A stretch of DNA of 45,036 nt from Candidatus Xenobia bacterium (lineage in GTDB: Bacteria > Vulcanimicrobiota > CADAWZ01): NCBI GenBank assembly GCA_031551355.1, contig JAVBNT010000018.1, forward strand, positions 1 to 45,036, in the 5' to 3' direction. The notes under the pieces were generated by a model. That model was not told where the DNA came from. It made no database searches and saw nothing but the letters and a program-made list of their open reading frames with translations. Made by a program: the position numbers and the translations under genes. Below, one piece after another: positions 9,687 to 18,150 of the stretch. Numbering within the stretch: the stretch's first letter is position 1; every line of letters starts with the position of its first letter.

Positions 9687-10550
9687 CTATTTTTCAGCAT
9701 TTTCCCCTTCAGATACAGACTTACGCTCCTTTGCAGAAAAACCATACCTTCTGTAAAGAGACAGAGCGGCTTTCCAATCTTCGCCGACCCATATATTATG
9801 TGAAGGGTCTTCCTGCAAATAAAATACAAGTCCTTTAAGGCCTTTTTCCGGATGAGTTTTTTGCTCATAACGGGAAGGATACTGAAAATTACCTGAATAT
9901 GTTCTTCCGGATTCAATTCTAAAATCATAATTTACGTCATAGAAAGAGGCACGCTTGTCCTTCTGAAAAGCGGTTTTAATAATTTCTCCGCTGCTGGCAA
10001 GACCATCAATAAAAATAGGCCTGACATATGAAACATCTTTTTTAAGAATGGAAAGAAAAAATAATCCCTGAATAAAAAAAAGCGGCGTCAGTATGAAAGG
10101 AAAAAATACAAACTGAAATTCATATGAAAGAGGCGACATCAAAAGCGTCATTTTCCATGCCTTGCTCATTGAAGGATCTTTTTTAGAATAGCGTACAGGT
10201 ATCGTCTGACCATCGGTTATTTTTTCCCAGTTAAAGCGTCCGGCCTCCGAAGAACTGCGGTAAATAGTGCCGGCTCCATCCTTGAATGAGTAAACGACGG
10301 AATACCGGGAAAGTTTATTGTCATTAGGCCGGAAATGTTTTGAGATAACAGTGGCTTCCGTTTCCGCCGAGCCGGAAATAAAAACAATTTCTCTCATATA
10401 CTGGACAAACAGAAAACCAGGCAGAATAAACGAAAGTATAACTATAAAAAAAAGATTGGCATTTCTGGCAATATACCTGAAATAAAATTTTGCATTGGAG
10501 ATACTCTCCCTGGCAACCGTATTTTTTTTATCCATCAAACCCCTCCCCAA
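9687..10550 (-). CDS. Membrane protein with two DUF3592-like units, each a TM helix followed by a beta-rich domain.
   Basis: Two hydrophobic segments are each followed by a ~70 aa G/Y/S-rich domain of the pattern YSVVYSF.DGAG...IPVRY..KDP, then FYDVNYDF..GRTYSG. The start may be the Met at 10535. Confidence 0.5.
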   Translation of the reverse strand: MGRGLMDKKNTVARESISNAKFYFRYIARNANLFFIVILSFILPGFLFVQYMREIVFISGSAETEATVISKHFRPNDNKLSRYSVVYSFKDGAGTIYRSSSEAGRFNWEKITDGQTIPVRYSKKDPSMSKAWKMTLLMSPLSYEFQFVFFPFILTPLFFIQGLFFLSILKKDVSYVRPIFIDGLASSGEIIKTAFQKDKRASFYDVNYDFRIESGRTYSGNFQYPSRYEQKTHPEKGLKGLVFYLQEDPSHNIWVGEDWKAALSLYRRYGFSAKERKSVSEGENAEK

Positions 10551-10553
10551 ATA

Positions 10554-11426
10554 TCAAAAAGATGCACTCTTATAGGCAAAAGCATTGTGTTTGTGTATTG
10601 ATTCAAATGCCTCACATTCAATTTCATAAAAATTAAGACCGTCTATTTTTTCAACATATAAAACAACATCTCTAACAACATCTTCAACAAATTTAGGATT
10701 TTCATACGCCGCTTCGGTAACATATTTTTCATCCGGCCTTTTCAGCACGGAAAATAGTTCACTGCTTCCCAGACGTCCGATATCGGAAGCCAAATCTTCA
10801 AGCCATATATGATCTTCACGCTCATATCCAAGATTAAGACGGACAACAGCCCTTTGGTTATGGGCTCCATGATACGATATTTCCTTGCTGCATGGACAAA
10901 GGGTGGTGACAGGAATTTCCATGAAAAGGAAAAAACGAAATTCTCCGTCATAAATCCCCTTAAAGGAACAATTGTAGTCAATTACTCCCTTAAGCTCACT
11001 TACAGGAGCGGATTTTTCAATAAAATACAGGAATTCCATCTCAAACTCCGCCCTTTTGCAGCCCAATACGGAAGAAGTTTCCAGTAAAATCTGTTCTATC
11101 TCTTTACTTGACATATTTTTCCTGGACCAGACGTTGAGGATTTCCATAAAACGGCTCATATGCGTTCCCTTAGTCTCGGCAGCCAAATCGGCACAAAGAG
11201 AAACATTAGCACAAACCTGTTGATATCCGCCTGCTTTTTCTAATATAATAAAAGGCAGGTGTACATTTTTTACGCCTACTTTCTGAATTACGATATTTCT
11301 GGAATCAGATAAACTCTGTATATCTTTCACAAAAAACTCCTGTGCTATAAATTTATACGGAAAGTAGTATAACATTAAATATGTATAACTGACAACAAGC
11401 TCAAAACAGTAGAACAAGGAGGACAT
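10554..11426 (-). CDS. folE2: GTP cyclohydrolase FolE2/MptA family (type IB).
   Basis: KGTHMSRF and EIPVTTLCPCSKEISYHGAHNQRAVVRL motifs are characteristic of COG1469. The annotated start abuts the ribosome-binding site of the divergent gene, so the real start is probably the internal Met near 11375. Confidence 0.7.
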   Translation of the reverse strand: MSSLFYCFELVVSYTYLMLYYFPYKFIAQEFFVKDIQSLSDSRNIVIQKVGVKNVHLPFIILEKAGGYQQVCANVSLCADLAAETKGTHMSRFMEILNVWSRKNMSSKEIEQILLETSSVLGCKRAEFEMEFLYFIEKSAPVSELKGVIDYNCSFKGIYDGEFRFFLFMEIPVTTLCPCSKEISYHGAHNQRAVVRLNLGYEREDHIWLEDLASDIGRLGSSELFSVLKRPDEKYVTEAAYENPKFVEDVVRDVVLYVEKIDGLNFYEIECEAFESIHKHNAFAYKSASF

Positions 11427-11429
11427 TAA

Positions 11430-12920
11430 ATGAAAAGCAGCTTTAAACCGGTATTTATTCTCTTTTTATTCATTTTAGGCACAGCAATTGCCGGATGCTC
11501 CGGGGGCGGAGGCGGAGGTTCGGTTTCTTCTTCGTATGTATCTTCGGGAAACACACCTTCACCCAATCCGACCCAGACAAATACAGCCTCATCACCTTCA
11601 ATAACAAGCATGAACCCGTCCGCCGTCACTCTGGGAGCATCGGGAACAATACAGAACAACGTCACTATTTACGGCAAAAATTTCGGCACGGGCACCGGCA
11701 GCGTAACAATTGACATTCAGGCAAAAGAAATGGATGAACCCAAGGCAGCCGCGTCATGCAGCGTAGTTTCATGGAAAAACACGCAAATTACCGCGAAACT
11801 GCCGGCAAACACCGCCGCCGGAACATATAATTTATATGTCACCTCATCAACGGGAGTGAAATCGGCAGCCGTTATAATGACTGTCGCAGCATCTGATTCA
11901 CCACTGCCAATGATAACGTCAGTAGAACCGTCTGACGGAATAAACGCCAATGCCGGCCTGCCGCAAATAACCCTAAACGGCAGCAATTTCGGAACAAGCA
12001 ACGGCAATGTCTTTTTGGGAGTAGACAGCACACCAACAGCAGCGCTTAACGGAGCAGTCTGGAGCAACACAAAAATAATTATTCCCTCACAGGTAACACA
12101 AAGTATGTTAAATAAATCCAGAGCCTATTTCCAAGTAAAAAATGCCTCAGGAGTCTCATCCAACACCGTAAGTCTCGGTATCACCACAACTTCAACTCCG
12201 GTCGATGATGGAGATACAAAAGTATACGCAATGTTTACGGCCAATAAAGGCGGCAATCTCCTTGCCAGCGATAATGACGCCACTGAGTTAAGAAATGCTT
12301 TGGCTTCAGGAACGGCAAATTCCGTGTGGAACGGAGCAGACTCAACACTGCTGTTAACGCCTTCGGCAACCAAAGCGTCCACAATAAGCAAAATTAACGA
12401 GATCGCCGGCAAAGCCGATGGTAACGATATTTTCCTTTTCTACTATTCTGGCCATGGAAGCGGCGGTTCATTCAATACAATTTCTCCCTCGGAATTGTCA
12501 GCAGCCCTTTCACGGATAAACAGCGGCACCAGAAAAATAGTTATCCTTGACTGCTGTGACAGCGGCATGGCGATCGCCGGATTACAAAACGTAAGCAATA
12601 TTACAATACTTGCCTCGACAAAAACATCAGGAGTAGAGGATGCCCAGGAAGGCAGAATCAGCACTAATTACTTCTCAATGGATGCACATTCAATGACCCA
12701 CTACTCCCATGATCACGGATATCTTACATATTTTCTGCTGCGCGGATTTGGCGACAACGGCAATACGATGGGAGAGGCGGCTTCCGGCAGCAAGGTAATG
12801 CTCTCCGGCATTATTGATTATGCCTCTATACAAACAAAAAATTATGCAACCTATCTGGGTCTGAGTCAAAATCCGTCAACATTCACCAACTCCGACGATT
12901 TTATGATTAAGGGAAAATAA
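11430..12920 (+). CDS. Lipoprotein with two IPT/TIG domains and a C-terminal caspase-like (C13/C14-type) peptidase domain.
   Basis: Ribosome-binding site aaggagg. Lipobox LGTAIAGCSGGGGGGS. Two roughly 90-aa repeats of the form P.ITS..PS....G....I.G.NFGT..G.V. The catalytic dyad reads as His in FLFYYSGHG and Cys in IVILDCCDSG. Confidence 0.7.
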   Translation: MKSSFKPVFILFLFILGTAIAGCSGGGGGGSVSSSYVSSGNTPSPNPTQTNTASSPSITSMNPSAVTLGASGTIQNNVTIYGKNFGTGTGSVTIDIQAKEMDEPKAAASCSVVSWKNTQITAKLPANTAAGTYNLYVTSSTGVKSAAVIMTVAASDSPLPMITSVEPSDGINANAGLPQITLNGSNFGTSNGNVFLGVDSTPTAALNGAVWSNTKIIIPSQVTQSMLNKSRAYFQVKNASGVSSNTVSLGITTTSTPVDDGDTKVYAMFTANKGGNLLASDNDATELRNALASGTANSVWNGADSTLLLTPSATKASTISKINEIAGKADGNDIFLFYYSGHGSGGSFNTISPSELSAALSRINSGTRKIVILDCCDSGMAIAGLQNVSNITILASTKTSGVEDAQEGRISTNYFSMDAHSMTHYSHDHGYLTYFLLRGFGDNGNTMGEAASGSKVMLSGIIDYASIQTKNYATYLGLSQNPSTFTNSDDFMIKGK

Positions 12921-12944
12921 AAATTTTCAGCAATGGGGGCTGTC

Positions 12945-12974
12945 GTGCTAACGGCGGCCCCTTTAACATGGAAT
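12945..12974 (+). terminator. GC-rich hairpin ggggc-N14-gcccc followed by ttt, 25 nt after the lipoprotein stop.
   Basis: seen in sequence. Confidence 0.4.
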
Positions 12975-13097
12975 AAAAGATAACGGTCACCGGGCTTAGC
13001 CCGGCAAAACCGGTTTTGCCGGTTCAAATATAATTGTAAAAATGGTGAAAAATTAAGAAAAGAATAGCAAAAGGCTATAAAGCAAGCTATTTTTCGC

Positions 13098-13153
13098 CAT
13101 TTTCTGTCGTGCTAAGTGGGGCTAGAAAGGCCCACTTAGCACGACAGAAAATG
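13098..13153. repeat. Perfect 23-bp stem hairpin with a 10-nt loop (cattttctgtcgtgctaagtggg / cccacttagcacgacagaaaatg).
   Basis: The arms are exact reverse complements. The 12-mer ctgtcgtgctaa also occurs in the loop of the hairpin at 12945-12974. Confidence 0.6.
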
Positions 13154-13381
13154 ATACTATATAAGCGTAATCTCATCATCCAGATGAAGGTTACGCTTAT
13201 CTTCATTAATAATGGGAAAAAGTGGTCTGGTGAGCGGCCCCTTGGGCTCTGCACCCGTAAATCCTGTCAGCCGCCTTTCTTCGCTTAAGCAGGTTGAAAA
13301 CGCTTCTCGCGTCTTTCGCGTAGAGAAATGAGGGAAACATTTTTATTGCGCTTGTATTGCCGTGCTGAATAATTTTTTACA

Positions 13382-13730
13382 TATTTACTATGCAGGGGTA
13401 AAAGCCAATTGTACCGGTTCGTAATAAACGGAAGAGTGAGCGGAGGTTGGAGGATAGCCTGCCGGAGGGCTTGGGCACCTGTTTTGGTCTGTTCCTAAAG
13501 GATTCGAAGAATTCCCGCTGTTTGAGCGGTAAATGCAGAGACGGTCTCCGACCGGCTCGGAATGTGCGAGTTCGGGAATTCCCATATTTGGAACAGACCA
13601 ACTAACAGGTCAAGCCCGCAGATCGAGATATCAGGAAACCTTGGCTCACTCGGCACAGTCAAGCTCGTAGGTAGTATTTCTCTTTGACGAAAAAACAGAG
13701 GCCGTTTTTCAACGTCACCTCTGTTTTCAT
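13382..13730 (+). ncRNA. Candidate structured ncRNA built on a long imperfect palindrome (arms roughly 13434-13540 and 13546-13651), with a promoter-like site and a terminator.
   Basis: Upstream signal TTGCGC-N17-ATAATT at 13346-13374. Nested complementary segments gagtgagc/gctcactc, acctgttttggtctgttcc/ggaacagaccaactaacaggt and gaattcccg/cgggaattc all centre near 13543. An intrinsic-terminator hairpin lies at 13693-13724. No credible ORF. The RNA class is unknown, with a 6S-like rod as one possibility. Confidence 0.25.
13690..13730. terminator. Bidirectional intrinsic terminator aacagagg-N16-cctctgtt with T/A tracts on both sides.
   Basis: On the minus strand the stem is followed by ttttttcgtc, which would terminate the flotillin operon. 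On the plus strand it is followed by a T-rich tract. Confidence 0.5.
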
Positions 13731-13934
13731 ATGTTCATTTTTCTGCTATCTTATTATCTTTGTTTGCTTTTTGCTTTTCGATTTTCTCTTGACAACACAT
13801 TAGCAGGTCTTTTATATTTTCCGGAGCCATAAAAACGAATATGATTTTAGCCCATAAAATAGAGTTGCCGCGGAACACCCATTCCGCAGCAACTCCCCCC
13901 TCCCAACATTATGATGAGCAAATCTCAGGAGATT

Positions 13935-15629
13935 TTATTTTTTTAAATTTTTACCTACATTTTCACCCGGTTTAAGCGCAAACTGTCCGAGCAAATCCTC
14001 TTCACTTACCTTCATTCCCGGCTTCTGAGAGACTACTCCCAAAGGCATGTCTTTCGCTTCACCTTTTTTATGTCCGAGAATTTCCGGAAGCTCCATACCT
14101 GCAAGGTTGAAAACTTCACTGAGCGGAGGAACCGATTTCATCATACCGGAAAGAAAGTTCGCCGTAGAGGTGGAACCGTTCGCTCCATTACCGTTGTCCC
14201 AAACAGTAACTTTATCAATTTTGATGTTCTTAATCGCTTCAACCTGTGTCGCAACAAGATTCTCGATCTTATCGGCAATCATCAGTCTCATTGCATCGGT
14301 AGAACTTCCACCGGCGGCGGCAACTATCTGAGCAAGACCGGTTGCCTGTTTCGTGAGCATTTCCTGGACACCGCGGGCTTCGGCTTCCATTCTCGCATAG
14401 ATGGCATCGGCTTCACCACGGGCTTTTCTTCTGATTTGCTCGGCTTGCGCTTCTGCCTGAATTTCAAGCTCTCTTTTCTGTATTTCAGCTTTGACGATAA
14501 CGTCAGCCTGTAGTGTCGCCTGTTCTTTGGCGGCACGCGCAAGTTCTGCTTCCTGCTCGGCGGAATATGCTTCATTCAAGGCCTTGGCGGCAAGAATCTT
14601 TTCCGCGGCGATAGCTCTGCGGCGGGCCTCTGCCTGACGCTGTCTGAGTTCCGATTCCGATTCGGCAACTTTGGCCTGAGCCTCATTTTCACCGGTAATA
14701 GCTTCGGAGTCTGCAAGCGATACTTTTATACGTTGATCCCTCTGTGCATGAGCCTCACCGATAGCACCCTGTTTATCAGCCTCGGCAATGGCAATTTTTG
14801 CATCATTGATAGCCTTGGCAGCAGCTTCTTTTTGGCGTTGTTCCAAAACCGAATTTGATTCGGCAATTTTAGCCTGAGCCTCATTCTCTCCGGCAATAGC
14901 CTCCGAATCGGCATAGGAAACCTGAATACGCTGATCCCTTCTTGCATGAGCTTCACCGATAGAACCGGATCTGTCAGCCTCAGCAACTGATACTTTCGCG
15001 TCGTTGATGGCTTTTGCAGCAGCTTCTTTACCAAGAGCCGTGATATAGCCCGATTCATCAGTGATATCGGTAAGGTTGACGTTTATAAGGCGAAGACCGA
15101 TCTTTTTAAGTTCCGTTTCCACGTTTCTGGAAACCGCTTCAAGAAATTTATCCCTGTCGGTGTTAATTTCTTCAATATCCATCGTCGCAATAACAAGTCT
15201 CAGCTGACCAAAAATAATATCTTTGGCAAGATCCTGAATATCCATCAGAGTAAGTCCCAAAAGTCTTTCGGCCGCATTCTGCATAACACCCTGTTCCGTG
15301 GATATACCGACAGTAAATCTCGAAGGAACATCAATTCTGATGTTTTGCTTAGAAAGCGCGTTCTTCAGGTCAACACTTATTGAAATCGGGGTCAAATCCA
15401 TATACGCGTATTGCTGGATTACCGGCCAGACAAAAGAAGCGCCGCCGTGTATACACTTTGCAGACAAAGACGTTCCGTCAACATTAGACCCTACTTTTCC
15501 ATAGATAACCATAATTCTGTCGGACGGACACGTTCTAAAACGGGAAAAAATAAACATTACGATAGAAATTACGACAATAATCAATGCCATCACGCCAATC
15601 AAAGCCACCATATTTCCTTCCATACACAA
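13935..15629 (-). CDS. Flotillin-like SPFH/band-7 protein (FloT/YuaG-like).
   Basis: N-terminal TM helix, SPFH domain, then a long Ala/Glu-rich coiled coil with two 66-aa tandem repeats (KEAAAKAINDAK...). Confidence 0.8.
   Translation of the reverse strand: MCMEGNMVALIGVMALIIVVISIVMFIFSRFRTCPSDRIMVIYGKVGSNVDGTSLSAKCIHGGASFVWPVIQQYAYMDLTPISISVDLKNALSKQNIRIDVPSRFTVGISTEQGVMQNAAERLLGLTLMDIQDLAKDIIFGQLRLVIATMDIEEINTDRDKFLEAVSRNVETELKKIGLRLINVNLTDITDESGYITALGKEAAAKAINDAKVSVAEADRSGSIGEAHARRDQRIQVSYADSEAIAGENEAQAKIAESNSVLEQRQKEAAAKAINDAKIAIAEADKQGAIGEAHAQRDQRIKVSLADSEAITGENEAQAKVAESESELRQRQAEARRRAIAAEKILAAKALNEAYSAEQEAELARAAKEQATLQADVIVKAEIQKRELEIQAEAQAEQIRRKARGEADAIYARMEAEARGVQEMLTKQATGLAQIVAAAGGSSTDAMRLMIADKIENLVATQVEAIKNIKIDKVTVWDNGNGANGSTSTANFLSGMMKSVPPLSEVFNLAGMELPEILGHKKGEAKDMPLGVVSQKPGMKVSEEDLLGQFALKPGENVGKNLKK
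14631..15029. repeat. Intragenic 198-bp tandem duplication, two copies, inside the flotillin coiled coil.
   Basis: Protein residues 201-266 and 267-332 are about 80% identical. Confidence 0.6.
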
Positions 15630-15674
15630 CCTCCTCCTAAATACTCTTTTTCTATATATAAGGCAAGCATTTTT

Positions 15675-16253
15675 TTATCTAAAAGATTCCTCTACCAAAA
15701 GCACCCCATTCTCATCTACGTCGACCACACTGACTTTAGTTCCTGTTTTCAGCTCATTTTCACCAACGGTAATCGCCTCCAATTCTACATATCTGTCCTG
15801 AAGCAAAAGATTGACTTTTCCTCTGTTCTCAGCTTTTGCCGGGATTGTAAGATAAACCTCACCCTCATGTCCAATCGCATTTTCTGTTTTCAGATTGCCG
15901 CTCTCCTGTAACACCATAAGTTTACGGATAATAAGGGTTACCGAGATTAAAGCCGCAGTTCCAAAAGCCAATGCTCCTGCAATAATCAGCAACGGGTGTA
16001 TATTTGAAGAGGACATAAAAAACCCTACCCAGCCGCCGACAACAAAGAAAGCGAGAATTCCCCTTAAATTCAAAAAACCTATATCGTCACCGAAACCGTC
16101 TTCGGCATGGAGATCGCCAATGTGAAAATCAAAATGACCACCAATACCAACCAGACTTAAAAGCGCCTGCAGAATCATAACCAGCGAAGCCGGAGCTGCC
16201 GCCACAAAAAATACTTTCTGAAATATATTCAGCGTTTCCCAAAATTCCAACAT
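15675..16253 (-). CDS. NfeD-like membrane protein (YuaF-type short NfeD, flotillin partner).
   Basis: N-terminal TM helices plus a C-terminal OB-fold beta-barrel (GKVNLLLQDRYVELEAITVGENELKTGTKVSVVDVDENGVLLV). Sits immediately upstream of flotillin in the same operon. Confidence 0.65.
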   Translation of the reverse strand: MLEFWETLNIFQKVFFVAAAPASLVMILQALLSLVGIGGHFDFHIGDLHAEDGFGDDIGFLNLRGILAFFVVGGWVGFFMSSSNIHPLLIIAGALAFGTAALISVTLIIRKLMVLQESGNLKTENAIGHEGEVYLTIPAKAENRGKVNLLLQDRYVELEAITVGENELKTGTKVSVVDVDENGVLLVEESFR

Positions 16254-16274
16254 AAGCCCCTCCTGTTTAAAAGA

Positions 16275-16853
16275 CTAGGCTTCCAACTCCAAAAGCATTT
16301 CACCGGCTCTATTTTTTATTTTAGCGGCATAAGATGCCAGAAAAATTATTTTAAGAGCCTGAAAAAGTTTTTCGCAGTCGCCCGGCATCTTTTCCTTGTA
16401 ATCGGATATACACTGTTTAATCGAAGAATTAAGATTTTCCTCATCACAAATATTTATACTTCCGCAAAGTTCATCCAGTTTGCAAATATAACCGTAGAGC
16501 TGCACTTCATCGACAATATCATCAGAGAAATCATCGGCGTCACCGTTGATATACTTAAGCAAAAATGCTATTTTCTCAAGCGGCATTACATTTCTAAGCA
16601 AATTTATAATCAATATTCTTGCGACGTGATTGATGGAATATCTCTTATTTATAGGTCTTGCCACCCATCCTCGCCTGATCCAGTTATGCAGCGCAGGGGC
16701 ATCCATACCGGTGATATCTTTTACCTGCGACAACATAAGTCCGTTTGTTATTGAAAAAATGTTATACAGAAAATCACCGTTATTTAAATTTATACCCGTT
16801 CTATTTTTTCTGATAACTGTTCCTGGAATAGTGTCCGCAGCATTCATAATCAA
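16275..16853 (-). CDS. Putative DNA-binding protein, DUF1836-like with a MerR-like helix-turn-helix (HTH). First gene of the flotillin operon.
   Basis: An HTH-like segment LSQVKDITGMDAPALHNWIRRGWVARP, with 21 bp between its stop and the NfeD start. Confidence 0.3.
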   Translation of the reverse strand: MIMNAADTIPGTVIRKNRTGINLNNGDFLYNIFSITNGLMLSQVKDITGMDAPALHNWIRRGWVARPINKRYSINHVARILIINLLRNVMPLEKIAFLLKYINGDADDFSDDIVDEVQLYGYICKLDELCGSINICDEENLNSSIKQCISDYKEKMPGDCEKLFQALKIIFLASYAAKIKNRAGEMLLELEA

Positions 16854-17194
16854 TTACCTCTCAAACAAATTTACTTTCTGAAACCAGTATAGCAGACTGC
16901 CTAATGAATGTCAAGTAAACTCCTTAGAGCATTTAAAAAATTATTATTAATGTATTATCAAATCTAATAAATATATTATAAACTCCAATAACTGGTTGAA
17001 ATACTATTATGAATATTACTTTAATTCTTAAGAATTTTATATGCATTCAAATGAATACGTATAAAGATTTAAAGAAGTTATGAGACCTTTTAAACAGCGG
17101 GTAAAGCATTCATAAGACAATCAAAAAATCATCAAAAGAAAAGGGATTTTCAGATAAAAAGGTTAAGGTTTATAAAAACAAACCGGGGGAAGCC

Positions 17195-18061
17195 ATGCCT
17201 AGAATTCCGCAGTGGGATTGGATCGTCAACAGAAAAAATAATTATGAAAGTCACTGTTTTGCAGTAAGAAACCGCATAATTTGCGAACAAACAGGCTTAC
17301 ACAAGGTCATGATCCTAAACACATTTGCTTACGGAGCCATGTTATTTCTTGATGACTCGCTGCAATCGAGCGAGTTGGATGAATTTATTTATCATGAAAC
17401 ATTAGTTCATCCGGCAATAATAAACACCGCTGAAAATATTTCGGTATTAATAATCGGCGGAAGTGAAGGGGCGACATTAAAAGAAGTTTTAAAACACAGA
17501 AATGTTATAAAAGCCGACATGGTGGATATTGACGGTAAACTTGTGGAAATATGCAAAGAACATCTGCTGAACTGGCACCAGGGTGCTTTTTTGGATCAAA
17601 GGGTATCCTTATTTATCGGAGACGGGCTTGAGTTTCTTAAAAAAGAAAGAAAATATGATGTTATCATTTTCGATCTTACGGAACCTTCTCCAAATTCGCA
17701 TTCAACCGGTTTATTTAGCATGGAATCACTTGAAACAGTGAAAAAAAGTCTCAATCCGGGCGGTATATTCTGCACCAATATCTGCCTGCTTGATTTGCAC
17801 GGCAACGAAATATTCAAAAAAACACTCATGGAAATAAAAAGGACTTTTGCATATGCGTATCCGTTCTGCAGTTGCATTCCGTCATTCTCCGGTCTTTTTT
17901 CCTTTGCGGTCGCATCCGACAGTAAATTCAATCCGAAAAAAACAAGCAAAAAAGAAATAAAGCAAAGAATTAAATCAGAAATCAGCGGCAAACTGCGATT
18001 CTACGATGAAAATATGCATAGAGCATTGTTCGCCCTCCCTCCGTACGTAGAAAGGCAGTGA
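17195..18061 (+). CDS. speE: Spermidine synthase-like polyamine aminopropyltransferase.
   Basis: DEFIYHETLVHP, VLIIGGSEGATLKEVLKH and MVDIDGKLVEICKEH motifs, and a Rossmann-like IIFDLTEPS segment. Confidence 0.75.
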   Translation: MPRIPQWDWIVNRKNNYESHCFAVRNRIICEQTGLHKVMILNTFAYGAMLFLDDSLQSSELDEFIYHETLVHPAIINTAENISVLIIGGSEGATLKEVLKHRNVIKADMVDIDGKLVEICKEHLLNWHQGAFLDQRVSLFIGDGLEFLKKERKYDVIIFDLTEPSPNSHSTGLFSMESLETVKKSLNPGGIFCTNICLLDLHGNEIFKKTLMEIKRTFAYAYPFCSCIPSFSGLFSFAVASDSKFNPKKTSKKEIKQRIKSEISGKLRFYDENMHRALFALPPYVERQ

Positions 18062-18077
18062 ATTGTATCCGCATGCG

Positions 18078-18150
18078 TCGCCAAAACGGAGTTGCCCTCG
18101 TTCAACGCAGTCGCACTGCGCCTCACTCGTGGCACTCCGTTTTGTCTTAG
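18078..18150. repeat. Member of a short repeat family: a conserved core, tcaacgcagtcgcactgcgcctcactcgt, flanked by a 14-bp inverted repeat, caaaacggagttgcc / ggcactccgttttg.
   Basis: The core is shared with the repeat at 27595-27727. The hairpin followed by a T-rich tract probably terminates speE. Confidence 0.5.

Noticed and set aside
13377-13601. Minus-strand ORFs of 74 and 65 aa in the candidate ncRNA region.
   Set aside because: Arg/Ser/Pro-rich translation, no RBS, embedded in a palindromic structure. More consistent with non-coding structured DNA/RNA.
13382-13730. Identification of the candidate ncRNA as RNase P RNA, tmRNA or SRP RNA.
   Set aside because: I could not find GGAAAGUCCGGGCUCC or AGGGUGAAA.GGUGCGGUAAGAGCGCACC (RNase P), a tag-peptide reading frame with a CCA-proximal T-arm (tmRNA), or the GGAAG/AGCAG domain IV motifs (SRP). 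Left as unknown class.
16890-17110. 24-aa mini-ORF (MNITLILKNFICIQMNTYKDLKKL) in the AT-rich divergent promoter region.
   Set aside because: Too short, no RBS, and it lies in AT-rich promoter DNA.
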